Part shown: positions 15,477-24,307 of the stretch, one piece after another | How the letters are laid out: every line of letters starts with the position of its first letter | Position numbering within the stretch: position 1 is the stretch's first letter | Notes under the pieces: generated by a model | What the model saw: only the letters and a program-made list of their open reading frames with translations | Told to the model about the DNA's origin: nothing | Database searches by the model: none | DNA from: a virus | Lineage: Duplodnaviria > Heunggongvirae > Uroviricota > Caudoviricetes | Length of the DNA: 27,795 bases | IMG/VR virus record: IMGVR_UViG_2703718828_000002 | Location: 1-27,795 of that record | Strand: one strand, 5' to 3' | Program-made: the position numbers and the translations under genes

Positions 15477-16526
15477 TCAGCCTCGTTTGCTCTTAAGTCC
15501 TAAGTCATAGGCTTCAAAACGGATCACCTCTTCACCCAGCCAGTTGTTAAGCTCCTGCAGTCGCTTTTGCAGTGGCATCAGTTCATTGCGGACGAAAACA
15601 CGGCTCGCCTTTTCCACATCACCGAAGCCACCAGTGTTGTTGGGAATGATACCCATCATTTGCGGCGGCACACGATGCGCCGCCATCATGTCGTCCCGGC
15701 TTACGTTCTTGATGTTCAGAAACTCATCCTTCGCCGCGACTTCTGATAACGGGATAATCTGAAGTCCGTCCTTTTTGCCGTTAGGAGAGTACATAAACAG
15801 ATTGCGGAAGTTACCTGGTCCTTTGGCGCTTTTCATTGCATTGCGGAGGTTGTTCACATCCTCCTGGTTTTGTGCGGCGTCGGTCATGTACATGATGAAG
15901 CCTGCATGACTGCCGTTGATGTAATACTTCCGGCGGAACAGCGTGGCGGACTCGTTGAGCAGGGCTGACGGAATGGCAGAAAGATAACCGGGCAGGCCGT
16001 AGATCTCCTGGTTGATGTCCGGTTCCATCAGATGAAAAATGCTGCCTTTCGCGAACTGATACGGCTGGGTTGTCATACCGTATTGCACAAACCAGTAGGT
16101 ATCCAGGTCTAACCCGCGTCGGGTGTATTTTGCCAGAGCAGGCTCTAGGGCGATAACTTCACCGAAGCGGTTCGTGCGTTTCTCCAGGTAGGCGTTACCA
16201 AATACCAGATAGTCCTGCACAAAACGTGAAAAAGCCTGCTGGCTGAGCAGCGGGTGAGGGATGTAGGTGCTGGTCAGAATGTTGCATTTCACCGCAATCG
16301 GTGAGCTGTGATGCACGGCGGCGCGGAAGGTTCGCGCCAGTCCGTCGAAACTCACAGGCGGCTCATACCAGCGATCCATCTGTACGCATTCCACATAGTC
16401 CAGCAGTTCACGGCGGTCCAGAACAGGAACGGGATCGCCGAAGCTGAATGCTTCGGCTGTAGTTTGACTTTTAAGCTGGATCTGTTTCGTCGCCGCAGCG
16501 CGGTTCTTCTTACTCTTTCCCATCAA
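15477..16526 (-). CDS. Q: Portal protein (P2 gpQ)
   Basis: 349 aa; extended collinearity with P2 Q as recalled (...AFSFGDPVPVLDRRELLDYVEC...WYEPPVSF...AVHHSSPI...). ATGA overlap with the terminase gene. Confidence 0.9.
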   Translation of the reverse strand: MMGKSKKNRAAATKQIQLKSQTTAEAFSFGDPVPVLDRRELLDYVECVQMDRWYEPPVSFDGLARTFRAAVHHSSPIAVKCNILTSTYIPHPLLSQQAFSRFVQDYLVFGNAYLEKRTNRFGEVIALEPALAKYTRRGLDLDTYWFVQYGMTTQPYQFAKGSIFHLMEPDINQEIYGLPGYLSAIPSALLNESATLFRRKYYINGSHAGFIMYMTDAAQNQEDVNNLRNAMKSAKGPGNFRNLFMYSPNGKKDGLQIIPLSEVAAKDEFLNIKNVSRDDMMAAHRVPPQMMGIIPNNTGGFGDVEKASRVFVRNELMPLQKRLQELNNWLGEEVIRFEAYDLGLKSKRG

Positions 16527-18289
16527 AAAATCTCCACAATATTGCTGGTATTGGCGGATTCGCCCTGCAGCGGTTCGTTAAACAGTGCGTGCATCGTTGC
16601 CCAGGCCAGATCCGCATGGCTGGCTTCTTCGCTGCGGCTGGCTTCATAGGTCGGGCGGTTGCCACTGGCGGTGGTGGAGCGACGGATTGCCATAAAGGAC
16701 TGCGCTATGTCGGTGTGTCCGGCGTCAAACTCCAGACGGCGGTGGCTGATAATGTCGTAGGCCTTGAGTACCAGGGCGTTTTTAACGTTGGGGTTGTAGA
16801 CAAACTCCCGGACGGCAGGAAAGAATGCTTTCACGTTCTCGTAAACCCCGTGGCCGACGCCAGTTGAGTCGATGCCGATGTATGTCACGTTGTACTGTTC
16901 GGTCAGTTTTTTGATGGCGTCAGCCTGGGCGCGGAAGTCCATCCCGCGCCACTGGTGACGCTCAAGAATGCGAAACTTACCGCCTGGCACGGCTGGCGGT
17001 GCCACCACCACGCATCCGGCGCTGTCGCCGTTCTGCGTACCTTTTGCCGGGTCATAACCGATCCACACTTCGCGCCAGCCAAACGGGCGCAGGGCCAGTG
17101 CATGAAAGTCGGTCCAGACTTCCCAGCTGTCCACCATGCACGCCTGCAATTCGCTGAGCGGGAACACAGATGCGAGATCGTCAACGAACTCGCACATCAG
17201 CAGGTTCTGGTATTCGTCCGGGCTGTACTCCATGCGCAACTGGTCGAGGTCGAACAGGTTACAGCCGCCGCGTACCGCATCTTCCACGGTGACTATCTGG
17301 CGGTATTGCCCGTCTGCGCACAGCAGGCCGGGGGCCAGATTGCTGTGGGACAGGTCGATGTCCACCTTATCGGCTTTGTTGCGCCCACGGTTGAACAGCG
17401 CACCGGACCAGAACGGATAAGCACTGTGTGTCAGGCTGGATGGCGTGGAAAAATAGGTCTGTCGCCATTTCTTGTGAATAGCCATACCGGAAGCCACTTT
17501 GCGCAGCTCCTGGAATTTCGGTATCCAGAAATATTCATCCAGATACAGGTTGCCGTGGTAACTCTGGGCCGTGCGGGCATTGGTGCCGAGGAAATACAGT
17601 GTGGCCCCGTTGGGAAGCACCATCGGATCGCCTTTCAGCTCCACCTCCACTTCTTTGGCGAAGTCGATGATGTACTGCTTAAAGACGTGGGCCTGTGCTT
17701 TACTGGCGGAAAGGAAAATCTGGTTACGTCCGGTAAGCAGGGCGTCAATCAGGGCTTCACGGGCAAAGTAAAAGGTCGCGCCGATCTGGCGTGACTTCAG
17801 CAGGTTACGGATGCGATTGGTTTTTCCGGCTTCCCACCAGTGGCGCTGGTAGTTGAACATGGAGGAATGGAAGATTTCTTCCAGCTTCTCAATCTGTTCA
17901 TCGGTGAAGACATTCTTTTCCGGCTGACGGCGCGGGCCTTTGTTGCGGTTGGCGACGTTAGGGTTTAAGTCGGCTTCGTTGCCGCCATTGTTAAACTTGC
18001 CGATCCGCGCGTGGCGCTCAGACTGGCGCGCCAGCAGGTCAATCTCTTTGAAATCTTTCCCTTCTTTGTGCTCCTTCATGATGAGCTGGCAGTAGCGTGC
18101 GGCGGTGGTGAGCTGCATCTGATCCAGCGGCCCATAGTCACCCCACTTGTCGCGTTTTTTCCAGCTGTGAACGGTTGCAACTTTCTCGCCCAGCATTTCA
18201 GCAATGCGGGCTACGCGGTATCCCTGAAAGTACAGCAGCATGGCCTGCCGACGGGGATCGAGATCTGCGGGTGTCAGTGTGGTGTTCAT
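16523..18289 (-). CDS. P: Terminase large (ATPase) subunit (P2 gpP)
   Basis: 588 aa; N-terminus ...RRQAMLLYFQGYRVARIAEMLG... and C-terminus ...YEASRSEEASHADLAWATMHAL... match P2 P as recalled. Confidence 0.9.
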   Translation of the reverse strand: MNTTLTPADLDPRRQAMLLYFQGYRVARIAEMLGEKVATVHSWKKRDKWGDYGPLDQMQLTTAARYCQLIMKEHKEGKDFKEIDLLARQSERHARIGKFNNGGNEADLNPNVANRNKGPRRQPEKNVFTDEQIEKLEEIFHSSMFNYQRHWWEAGKTNRIRNLLKSRQIGATFYFAREALIDALLTGRNQIFLSASKAQAHVFKQYIIDFAKEVEVELKGDPMVLPNGATLYFLGTNARTAQSYHGNLYLDEYFWIPKFQELRKVASGMAIHKKWRQTYFSTPSSLTHSAYPFWSGALFNRGRNKADKVDIDLSHSNLAPGLLCADGQYRQIVTVEDAVRGGCNLFDLDQLRMEYSPDEYQNLLMCEFVDDLASVFPLSELQACMVDSWEVWTDFHALALRPFGWREVWIGYDPAKGTQNGDSAGCVVVAPPAVPGGKFRILERHQWRGMDFRAQADAIKKLTEQYNVTYIGIDSTGVGHGVYENVKAFFPAVREFVYNPNVKNALVLKAYDIISHRRLEFDAGHTDIAQSFMAIRRSTTASGNRPTYEASRSEEASHADLAWATMHALFNEPLQGESANTSNIVEIF

Positions 18290-18335
18290 GGCACAAACCT
18301 ACAGCCTTGAATGAAGGCTTTCCCCGCCTGCGGTT

Positions 18336-18353
18336 TGTGTGGTTGTCGGTACA
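18336..18353 (+). promoter_or_regulatory. Candidate late-promoter activator site (TGT-N12-ACA) for the O operon
   Basis: TGTGTGGTTGTCGGTACA in the P-O divergent intergenic region, about 80 nt upstream of the O start; P2-type late promoters carry a TGT-N12-ACA element near -55. Confidence 0.4.
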
Positions 18354-18431
18354 AATACCGCGCATTGTTTCACTGCCCCCATCACCGCAACCATAAGGCT
18401 CCAGTAAGTTTTTTCTAACGGAGCACGGCTC

Positions 18432-19265
18432 ATGACAGTGAAAGCAAAGCGTTTTCGCATCGGGGTGGAAGGTGCCACCACCGACGGACGCGAAATCCAG
18501 CGTGAATGGCTGGAACAGATGGCAGCCAGCTACAACCCGGCGGTGTATACCGCGCTGATTAACCTTGAGCACATCAAGTCTTATCTGCCGGACAGCACCT
18601 TTAACCGCTACGGCAAGGTGACGGCGCTGTTTGCTGAAGAAATCACGGAAGGTCCGCTGGCGGGCAAGATGGCGCTGTATGCCGACGTTGAGCCAACGGA
18701 ATCCCTGGTGGAGCTGGTGAAAAAAGGCCAGAAATTATTCACCTCTATGGAAGTCAGCCCGAAGTTTGCTGATACGGGCAAAGCCTACCTGGTTGGCCTG
18801 GCCGCCACTGATGATCCAGCCAGTCTGGGTACGGAAATGCTGACATTCAGCGCCAGTGCAGCCCATAACCCGCTGGCAAACCGCAAGCAGAATCCCGCCA
18901 ATCTTTTTACCGCTGCAGAGGAAACGGTGATCGAACTGGAAGAAATCCAGGATGACAAACCGTCCCTGTTTTCCCGCGTCACGGCGCTGTTCACCAAAAA
19001 AGAGCAGTCCGATGACGCCCGGTTCTCTGATGTGCATAAGGCCGTGGAGCTGGTCGCCACTGAGCAGCAAAACCTGAGCGCGCGAACCGAAAAATCTCTG
19101 TCTGAGCAGGAAGAACGCCTGTCTGAACTGGAGTCTGCTCTGCAGAAGCAGCAAACCGCCTTTAATGAACTGGTGAATAAGCTGAGTCATGAAGACAGCC
19201 GCCAGGACTACCGCCAGCGTGCAACAGGCGGTAACGCCCCCGCTGACACTCTGACCAATTGCTGA
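18432..19265 (+). CDS. O: Capsid scaffolding protein (P2 gpO)
   Basis: 277 aa; position divergent from Q-P and preceding N; GGAG RBS; N-terminus matches P2 O as recalled. Confidence 0.85.
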   Translation: MTVKAKRFRIGVEGATTDGREIQREWLEQMAASYNPAVYTALINLEHIKSYLPDSTFNRYGKVTALFAEEITEGPLAGKMALYADVEPTESLVELVKKGQKLFTSMEVSPKFADTGKAYLVGLAATDDPASLGTEMLTFSASAAHNPLANRKQNPANLFTAAEETVIELEEIQDDKPSLFSRVTALFTKKEQSDDARFSDVHKAVELVATEQQNLSARTEKSLSEQEERLSELESALQKQQTAFNELVNKLSHEDSRQDYRQRATGGNAPADTLTNC

Positions 19266-19281
19266 TGGAGCACAAAACCCG

Positions 19282-20340
19282 ATGAAGAAGAATACCCGCT
19301 TTGCTTTTAACGCTTACCTGCAGCAGCTGGCGCGTCTGAACGGTGTGGCAGTTGAAGAACTGTCCAGCAAGTTCACTGTAGAGCCGTCTGTACAGCAGAC
19401 GCTGGAAGACCAGATCCAGCAGTCCGCCGCTTTCCTGACGCTGATTAACGTCACGCCAGTGACTGAGCAGTCTGGTCAGTTGCTGGGGCTGGGTGTTGGC
19501 AGCACCATTGCCGGAACCACTGACACCACCGCGAAAGAGCGTGAGCCTGTCGATCCGACGCTGATGGTTGATGTGGAATATAAATGCGAGCAGACCAACT
19601 TTGACACGGTGCTGACCTACGCGAAGCTGGACCTGTGGGCGAAGTTTCAGGATTTCCAGGTGCGCATCCGTGACGCCATCGTGAAACGTCAGGCACTGGA
19701 CCGCATCATGATCGGCTTTAACGGCGTGAAGCGTGCGAAAACCTCCAACCGTAGTGAAAACCCGCTGCTGCAGGATGTAAACAAAGGCTGGCTGCAGAAA
19801 ATCCGTGAGGATGCACCGGATCACGTCATGGGCAGCACCACCACGGGCGGTGAAACCACTCCGGGCGCGGTGAAAGTCGGGAAAGGTGGCGAATATGCCA
19901 ACCTGGACGCCGTAGTGATGGATGCCGTCAATGAGCTTATCGATGTGGTCTACCAGGACGATGACGATCTGGTGGTGATTTGCGGTCGTGAACTGCTGTC
20001 TGACAAGTATTTCCCGCTGGTCAACAAAGAGCAGGAAAACAGTGAAAAACTGGCTGCCGATATGATCATCAGTCAGAAACGCATGGGTGGCCTGCAGGCC
20101 GTGCGTGCGCCGTTCTTCCCGCCGAATGCGCTGCTGATCACCCGTCTGGATAACCTGTCCATCTACTGGCAGGAAGACACCCGCCGCCGTTCAGTTATCG
20201 ACAACCCGAAACGTGACCGGATTGAAAATTTTGAATCCGTTAACGAAGCCTATGTGGTTGAGGACTACCGCTGCGCCGCACTGGTGGAAAACATCCAGAT
20301 TGGCGATTTCAGCGCCGCTGCAGTAGAAGCCGGAGCGTAA
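19282..20340 (+). CDS. N: Major capsid protein (P2 gpN)
   Basis: 352 aa; ...TRFAFNAYLQQLARLNGV...KFTVEPSVQQTL... and ...GFNGVKRA.TSNRS.NPLLQDV... track the P2 N sequence as recalled. Confidence 0.9.
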   Translation: MKKNTRFAFNAYLQQLARLNGVAVEELSSKFTVEPSVQQTLEDQIQQSAAFLTLINVTPVTEQSGQLLGLGVGSTIAGTTDTTAKEREPVDPTLMVDVEYKCEQTNFDTVLTYAKLDLWAKFQDFQVRIRDAIVKRQALDRIMIGFNGVKRAKTSNRSENPLLQDVNKGWLQKIREDAPDHVMGSTTTGGETTPGAVKVGKGGEYANLDAVVMDAVNELIDVVYQDDDDLVVICGRELLSDKYFPLVNKEQENSEKLAADMIISQKRMGGLQAVRAPFFPPNALLITRLDNLSIYWQEDTRRRSVIDNPKRDRIENFESVNEAYVVEDYRCAALVENIQIGDFSAAAVEAGA

Positions 20341-20343
20341 CCC

Positions 20344-20994
20344 ATGAGCCTGAGTCCCGCACGGCAGCATCGCCTGCGCGTTCAGGCTGAACAGGCCGCC
20401 CGCGAGGGCGGCAGCGTTCGCCACGCGTCGGGCTATGACCTGATGCTGCTGCAACTGGCGGAAGACCGCCGCCGTCTCAAGGGCGTTCAGTCCACGGTGA
20501 AAAAAGCGGAAATCAAGGTGGAGCTGTTGCCGAAATATGCCGCCTGGGCGGAGGGCGTCCTTGCTGCCGGAGGCGCTCAACAGGATGACGTGCTGATGTA
20601 CGTGATGCTGTGGCGCATTGATGCCGGAGATTATGCCGGGGCGCTGGAGATCGGGCGTCATGCCCTGCGTCATGGCTGGGTGATGCCGCTGGGTAACCGC
20701 AACGTGCAGACCGTGCTGGCAGAGGAAATGGCAGACGCGGCGCAGAGCGCAATGCTTGCCGCCACCGGCTTTGATGCCGATCTGTTGCTGCAGACGCTGG
20801 AGCTGACAGACGGTCTGGATATGCCGGACCAGTCACGGGCGCGTCTGCATAAAGCGATTGGCGCTGTCCTGAGTGAAAGCAACCCGGCTTCCGCCCTTAA
20901 TCATCTCAACCATGCGTTACAGCTCGATCCCCGCTGTGGCGTGAAAAAAGACAAACAGCAGCTGGAGCGCAGACTGCGCAATGACAGCCGCTGA
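20344..20994 (+). CDS. M: Terminase small (endonuclease) subunit (P2 gpM)
   Basis: 216 aa; ...LMYVMLWRIDAGDYAGALEIGRHALRHG... matches the conserved gpM core; directly follows N. Confidence 0.85.
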   Translation: MSLSPARQHRLRVQAEQAAREGGSVRHASGYDLMLLQLAEDRRRLKGVQSTVKKAEIKVELLPKYAAWAEGVLAAGGAQQDDVLMYVMLWRIDAGDYAGALEIGRHALRHGWVMPLGNRNVQTVLAEEMADAAQSAMLAATGFDADLLLQTLELTDGLDMPDQSRARLHKAIGAVLSESNPASALNHLNHALQLDPRCGVKKDKQQLERRLRNDSR

Positions 20995-21089
20995 CAGAAC
21001 GTGCCCCCGCGCACGGGCGGCACGGGGTGGCGAAAGGCACTGCCACATCAAAACCCCGTCCACCGCCCTCTATTTCAGGAGAAAGCAGC

Positions 21090-21554
21090 ATGAAGTTTGT
21101 TGCGCCAGAACAGGCACCGGAACAGGCGGAAATCATCAGGAATACGCCGTTCTGGCCTGATGTGGACCTGTCGGAGTTTCGCAGCGTGATGCGCACTGAC
21201 GGCACGGTGACGCAGCCGCGTTTAAAGCAGGTTGCGCTGTCGGCAATTTCGGAGGTCAACGCAGAGCTGTATGAGTTTCGCAGACGCCAGCAGATGCTGG
21301 GGTATGCCTCGCTGGCAGAGGTTCCGGCGGAACAGCTGGACGGCAAAAGTGAGCGCATTCAGCACTATTTCAACGCGGTTTACTGCTGGGCACGCGCCAT
21401 GCTCAACGAACGTTACCAGGACTATGACGCCACGGCGTCCGGTGTGAAGCGGGGCGAGGAACTGGCGGAAGCAAGCGGTGATTTGTGGCGTGACGCACGC
21501 TGGGCCATCAGCCGGGTGCAGGATGCGCCGCACTGCACAGTGGAGCTTATCTGA
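21090..21554 (+). CDS. L: Head completion/stabilisation protein (P2 gpL)
   Basis: ATG 21090 with AGGAGA RBS; the track start at 21027 is an upstream extension without RBS; ...NAELYEFRRRQQ... and ...LWRDARWAISRVQ... match gpL. Confidence 0.85.
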   Translation: MKFVAPEQAPEQAEIIRNTPFWPDVDLSEFRSVMRTDGTVTQPRLKQVALSAISEVNAELYEFRRRQQMLGYASLAEVPAEQLDGKSERIQHYFNAVYCWARAMLNERYQDYDATASGVKRGEELAEASGDLWRDARWAISRVQDAPHCTVELI

Positions 21555-21757
21555 TGAAAGTGCGTGCGCATCAGTATGACACGGTGGACGCGCTTTGCTG
21601 GCGTCATTACGGGCGCACGCAGGGTGTCACGGAGCAGGTACTGAAGGCAAATCCGGGGCTTGCCGAATACGGCCCCTTTTTACCTCACGGGCTGCAGGTG
21701 GAGCTGCCGGACATTCCGACCACCACCACCGTGCAGACCGTCCAGCTATGGGACTGA
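21554..21757 (+). CDS. X: Tail protein X (P2 gpX)
   Basis: 67 aa; ...DTVDALCWRHYGRTQGV.E.VL.ANPGLAE.G..LPHG..VELPD... collinear with P2 X; TGATG overlap with L. Confidence 0.8.
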   Translation: MKVRAHQYDTVDALCWRHYGRTQGVTEQVLKANPGLAEYGPFLPHGLQVELPDIPTTTTVQTVQLWD

Positions 21758-21760
21758 ATT

Positions 21761-21976
21761 ATGACGCTTGAGCGAATCAGCGCCTTTATCACGTATTGCA
21801 TCGCCGTCGTGCTGGCCTGGCTGGGCGATTTGTCCATCAAGGATGCCTCAACGCTGGGCGGCCTGATGATTGGTGTGCTGATGCTGGCTATCAACTGGTA
21901 CTACAAACACAAAGCCTACCAGCTTCTGCGCGACGGGCAGATCTCGCGGGAGGACTATGAATCCATCAATCGTTAA
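21761..21976 (+). CDS. Putative holin
   Basis: 71 aa with a central hydrophobic segment and charged C-terminus, immediately upstream of and overlapping the endolysin gene. Confidence 0.55.
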   Translation: MTLERISAFITYCIAVVLAWLGDLSIKDASTLGGLMIGVLMLAINWYYKHKAYQLLRDGQISREDYESINR

Positions 21977-22469
21977 ACGCTGCCTTGTCGGGACCGTGCT
22001 GGCTATTGCTGCCACGCTGCCGGGTTTTCAGCAGCTTCACACCTCCGTGGAGGGGCTGAAACTGATTGCCGATTACGAAGGCTGTCGTCTGCAGCCGTAT
22101 CAGTGCAGCGCGGGTGTCTGGACCGACGGCATTGGTAATACATCGGGCGTCATTCCCGGCAAAACCATTACGGAGCGACAGGCAGCGGAAGGGCTGATCT
22201 CCAACGTGCTGCGTGTGGAGCGGGCGCTGGAAAGGTGTGTGAAGCAACAGCCGCCGCAGAAGGTGTATGACGCGGTGGTGTCGTTTGCCTTCAACGTGGG
22301 AACGGGCAATGCCTGCAGTTCCACGCTGGTGAAATTACTCAACCAGCGGCGCTGGGCGGATGCGTGCCGACAGTTGCCGCGCTGGGTTTATGTGAAAGGT
22401 GTTTTTAATCAGGGGCTGGATAACCGCCGTGCGCGGGAGATGGCCTGGTGCTTACAGGGAGCAAACTGA
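21957..22469 (+). CDS. Endolysin, T4-lysozyme-like (GH24) with N-terminal signal-anchor-release segment
   Basis: 170 aa; Gly/Ala-rich weakly hydrophobic N-terminus (CLVGTVLAIAATLPG), then EGLKLIADYEGCRLQPYQCSAGVWTDGIGNT carrying the E...D...T catalytic pattern. Confidence 0.85.
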   Translation: MNPSIVKRCLVGTVLAIAATLPGFQQLHTSVEGLKLIADYEGCRLQPYQCSAGVWTDGIGNTSGVIPGKTITERQAAEGLISNVLRVERALERCVKQQPPQKVYDAVVSFAFNVGTGNACSSTLVKLLNQRRWADACRQLPRWVYVKGVFNQGLDNRRAREMAWCLQGAN

Positions 22470-22470
22470 A

Positions 22471-22848
22471 ATGAAAAAGAAATTAATCAGCGGGCTGTTT
22501 CTGATGTTATGGATGGGGCTGTTGATCGCAACAATGATGTATCCACAGGGGATTTTTCCGGTACTGGCAGCATCTGGTGTCTGGGTAGCCTGTCTGCTGA
22601 CATGGGCAGTAATTCCGGTAGCACTGGCTGCGTTAATTAAGAACGGTCCGCTCTGGCAGGAGTTGAGGGCATCTTTGCTGAAGAGCATTACCCGAAAAGA
22701 AAACGTATTTATCAGCTGGGTGATGCGATTGCTGATTGTCGTCAGTCTCGCCTGGACGGGGTGGGCCATTACCCTGGTCTTTTATCTGCTGACCGTTATT
22801 GCCTTCTGGATCACCCGTAATCAGATGGCGCAACAGGTAGCAGCATGA
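22471..22848 (+). CDS. Lysis-cassette membrane protein (LysA-like position)
   Basis: ATG 22471 with AGGGA RBS; about 125 aa with several hydrophobic helices; ATGA overlap with the next gene. Confidence 0.5.
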   Translation: MKKKLISGLFLMLWMGLLIATMMYPQGIFPVLAASGVWVACLLTWAVIPVALAALIKNGPLWQELRASLLKSITRKENVFISWVMRLLIVVSLAWTGWAITLVFYLLTVIAFWITRNQMAQQVAA

Positions 22849-23273
22849 ACCGGTTGCTGCTGGTTGTGCTGACGTTATTACTGGCGGCGCTGGGCTGGCA
22901 GACGTGGCGGCTGGCTGATGCCAGCCAGACCATCAGCACGCAGGCAGACGAGCTGCAGAGCAAAAGCCAGGCACTGGCAAAGAGCAATAGCCAGCTTATC
23001 AGCCTGTCCATTCTGACTGAAACCAATAACCGGGAGCAGGCGCGGCTCTATGCCGAAGCAGAACAGACCATTGCACTGCTGAGACAACGACAACACCGGA
23101 TCGAGGAACTGAAACGTGAGAACGAGGATTTACGCCGCTGGGCTGATACTCCTTTGCCTGCTGACATTATCCGGCTGCGGAAACGTCCGGCACTCACCGG
23201 AGGTATGGCTTACCGTCAGTGGTTGTCCGCGAGTGACGCCGTGTCGGCTGGATCAGGCAGCGCCGCGCATTAA
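22845..23273 (+). CDS. lysB: Rz-like inner-membrane spanin (P2 LysB)
   Basis: 142 aa; N-terminal TM segment, coiled-coil middle, and ...ENEDLRRWADTPLPADIIRLRKRPALTGG resembling P2 LysB as recalled. Confidence 0.75.
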   Translation: MNRLLLVVLTLLLAALGWQTWRLADASQTISTQADELQSKSQALAKSNSQLISLSILTETNNREQARLYAEAEQTIALLRQRQHRIEELKRENEDLRRWADTPLPADIIRLRKRPALTGGMAYRQWLSASDAVSAGSGSAAH

Positions 23274-23403
23274 CGGTGATCTGAACGCGTTGCTGGATGA
23301 AACGGAAGCAGCCTGGGCGGCCTGTGCAGACAAAGTGGACATGATTATTGCGTGTCAGGAGCGAAACAGTGAACAAACCACAATCCCTGCGCCACGCCCT
23401 TAA
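23116..23403 (+). CDS. lysC: Rz1-like outer-membrane lipoprotein spanin (P2 LysC), out of frame within the 3-prime part of lysB
   Basis: 95 aa; signal peptide with lipobox LTLSGC; starts inside lysB in a different frame. Confidence 0.6.
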   Translation: MRTRIYAAGLILLCLLTLSGCGNVRHSPEVWLTVSGCPRVTPCRLDQAAPRINGDLNALLDETEAAWAACADKVDMIIACQERNSEQTTIPAPRP

Positions 23404-23800
23404 TAAAGCAGTGCCTTATGTCCGTAATAACCCGGACAAACTGCATCTGTTTGTGGATAACGGTTCGCTGGTTGCCACGGGGGCCAGCTCCATGTCATGG
23501 GAGTACCGCTACACCCTGAACGTGGTGATTGAGGATTTCAGCGGCGACCAGAATCTGCTGATGGCCCCGGTTTTGCTGTGGCTTCGGGATAACCAGCCCG
23601 ATGCCATCAATAACCCGGCGTTACGGGAAAAGCTATTCACCTTTGAGGTGGATATTTTGCGCAACGATGTCTGTGATATCAGCCTTAACCTGCAACTGAC
23701 GGAACGTGTGCTGGTCAGTACTGACGGCAGTGTGTCGAGCGTTGAAGCTGTAGCAGAACCCGATGAACCTGAAGAAATGTGGACGGTGAAACGTGGCTGA
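23348..23800 (+). CDS. R: Tail completion protein (P2 gpR)
   Basis: ...LHLFVDNGSLVATGAS.S.EYRYTLNVVIEDFSGD..LLMAPVLLWLRDNQPD... collinear with P2 R; true start may be the GTG at 23369. Confidence 0.8.
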   Translation: MRVRSETVNKPQSLRHALNKAVPYVRNNPDKLHLFVDNGSLVATGASSMSWEYRYTLNVVIEDFSGDQNLLMAPVLLWLRDNQPDAINNPALREKLFTFEVDILRNDVCDISLNLQLTERVLVSTDGSVSSVEAVAEPDEPEEMWTVKRG

Positions 23801-24239
23801 ACTGCAGAAGGTGGACGACTGGCTGAGTGCCTTGCTGGCGAATCTGGAACCAGCCACGAGAAGCCGCATGATGCGCCAGCTGGCGCAGGAACTGCGCCGG
23901 ACACAGCAGCAGAATATCAGGATGCAGCGCAATCCAGATGGCAGCAGTTATGAACCGCGCAGGGTAACAGCACGCAGCAAGAAGGGGCGCATCAAACGTC
24001 AGATGTTTGCAAAGCTGCGCACCACAAAATACCTGAAAACTGCCGCCAGCGCCGACTCTGCCAGCGTACAGTTTGAAGGCAAGGTGCAGCGCATTGCCCG
24101 CGTTCACCATTACGGCCTGCGTGATCGCGTCAGTCGCAAAGGACCTGAGGTCCGTTACGCAGAGCGTCGCCTTCTGGGTGTAAATGATGATGTTGAGGCA
24201 ATGACCCGCGACATGATTCTGCAATGGCTGGCGGGGTGA
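23793..24239 (+). CDS. S: Tail completion protein (P2 gpS)
   Basis: ...RQLAQELRRTQQQNIRMQRNPDGSSYEPR...GRIKRQMFAKLRTTKYLK...IARVHHYGLRDRVSRKGPEVRYAERRLLG... matches P2 S. Confidence 0.85.
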   Translation: MAELQKVDDWLSALLANLEPATRSRMMRQLAQELRRTQQQNIRMQRNPDGSSYEPRRVTARSKKGRIKRQMFAKLRTTKYLKTAASADSASVQFEGKVQRIARVHHYGLRDRVSRKGPEVRYAERRLLGVNDDVEAMTRDMILQWLAG

Positions 24240-24243
24240 TTTT

Positions 24244-24261
24244 TGTATCAGCACTGATACA
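24244..24261 (+). promoter_or_regulatory. Candidate late-promoter activator site (TGT-N12-ACA) for the V operon
   Basis: TGTATCAGCACTGATACA is a perfect 8-8 inverted repeat in TGT-N12-ACA format, 47 nt upstream of the V start. Confidence 0.5.
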
Positions 24262-24307
24262 AGTTGCAGCACTGCCGCCTTTCTTCCTCTGATGGCAACC
24301 TTTCCCT

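Noticed and set aside
16955-17794. 279-aa plus-strand ORF
   Set aside because: Lies entirely antisense within the well-supported terminase large-subunit gene; Ala/Gly/Arg/His-rich translation typical of a spurious frame in GC-rich coding DNA.
18735-20673. Several minus-strand ORFs (151, 220 and 160 aa) over the O, N and M genes
   Set aside because: All antisense to capsid and terminase genes with clear P2 collinearity; no independent support.
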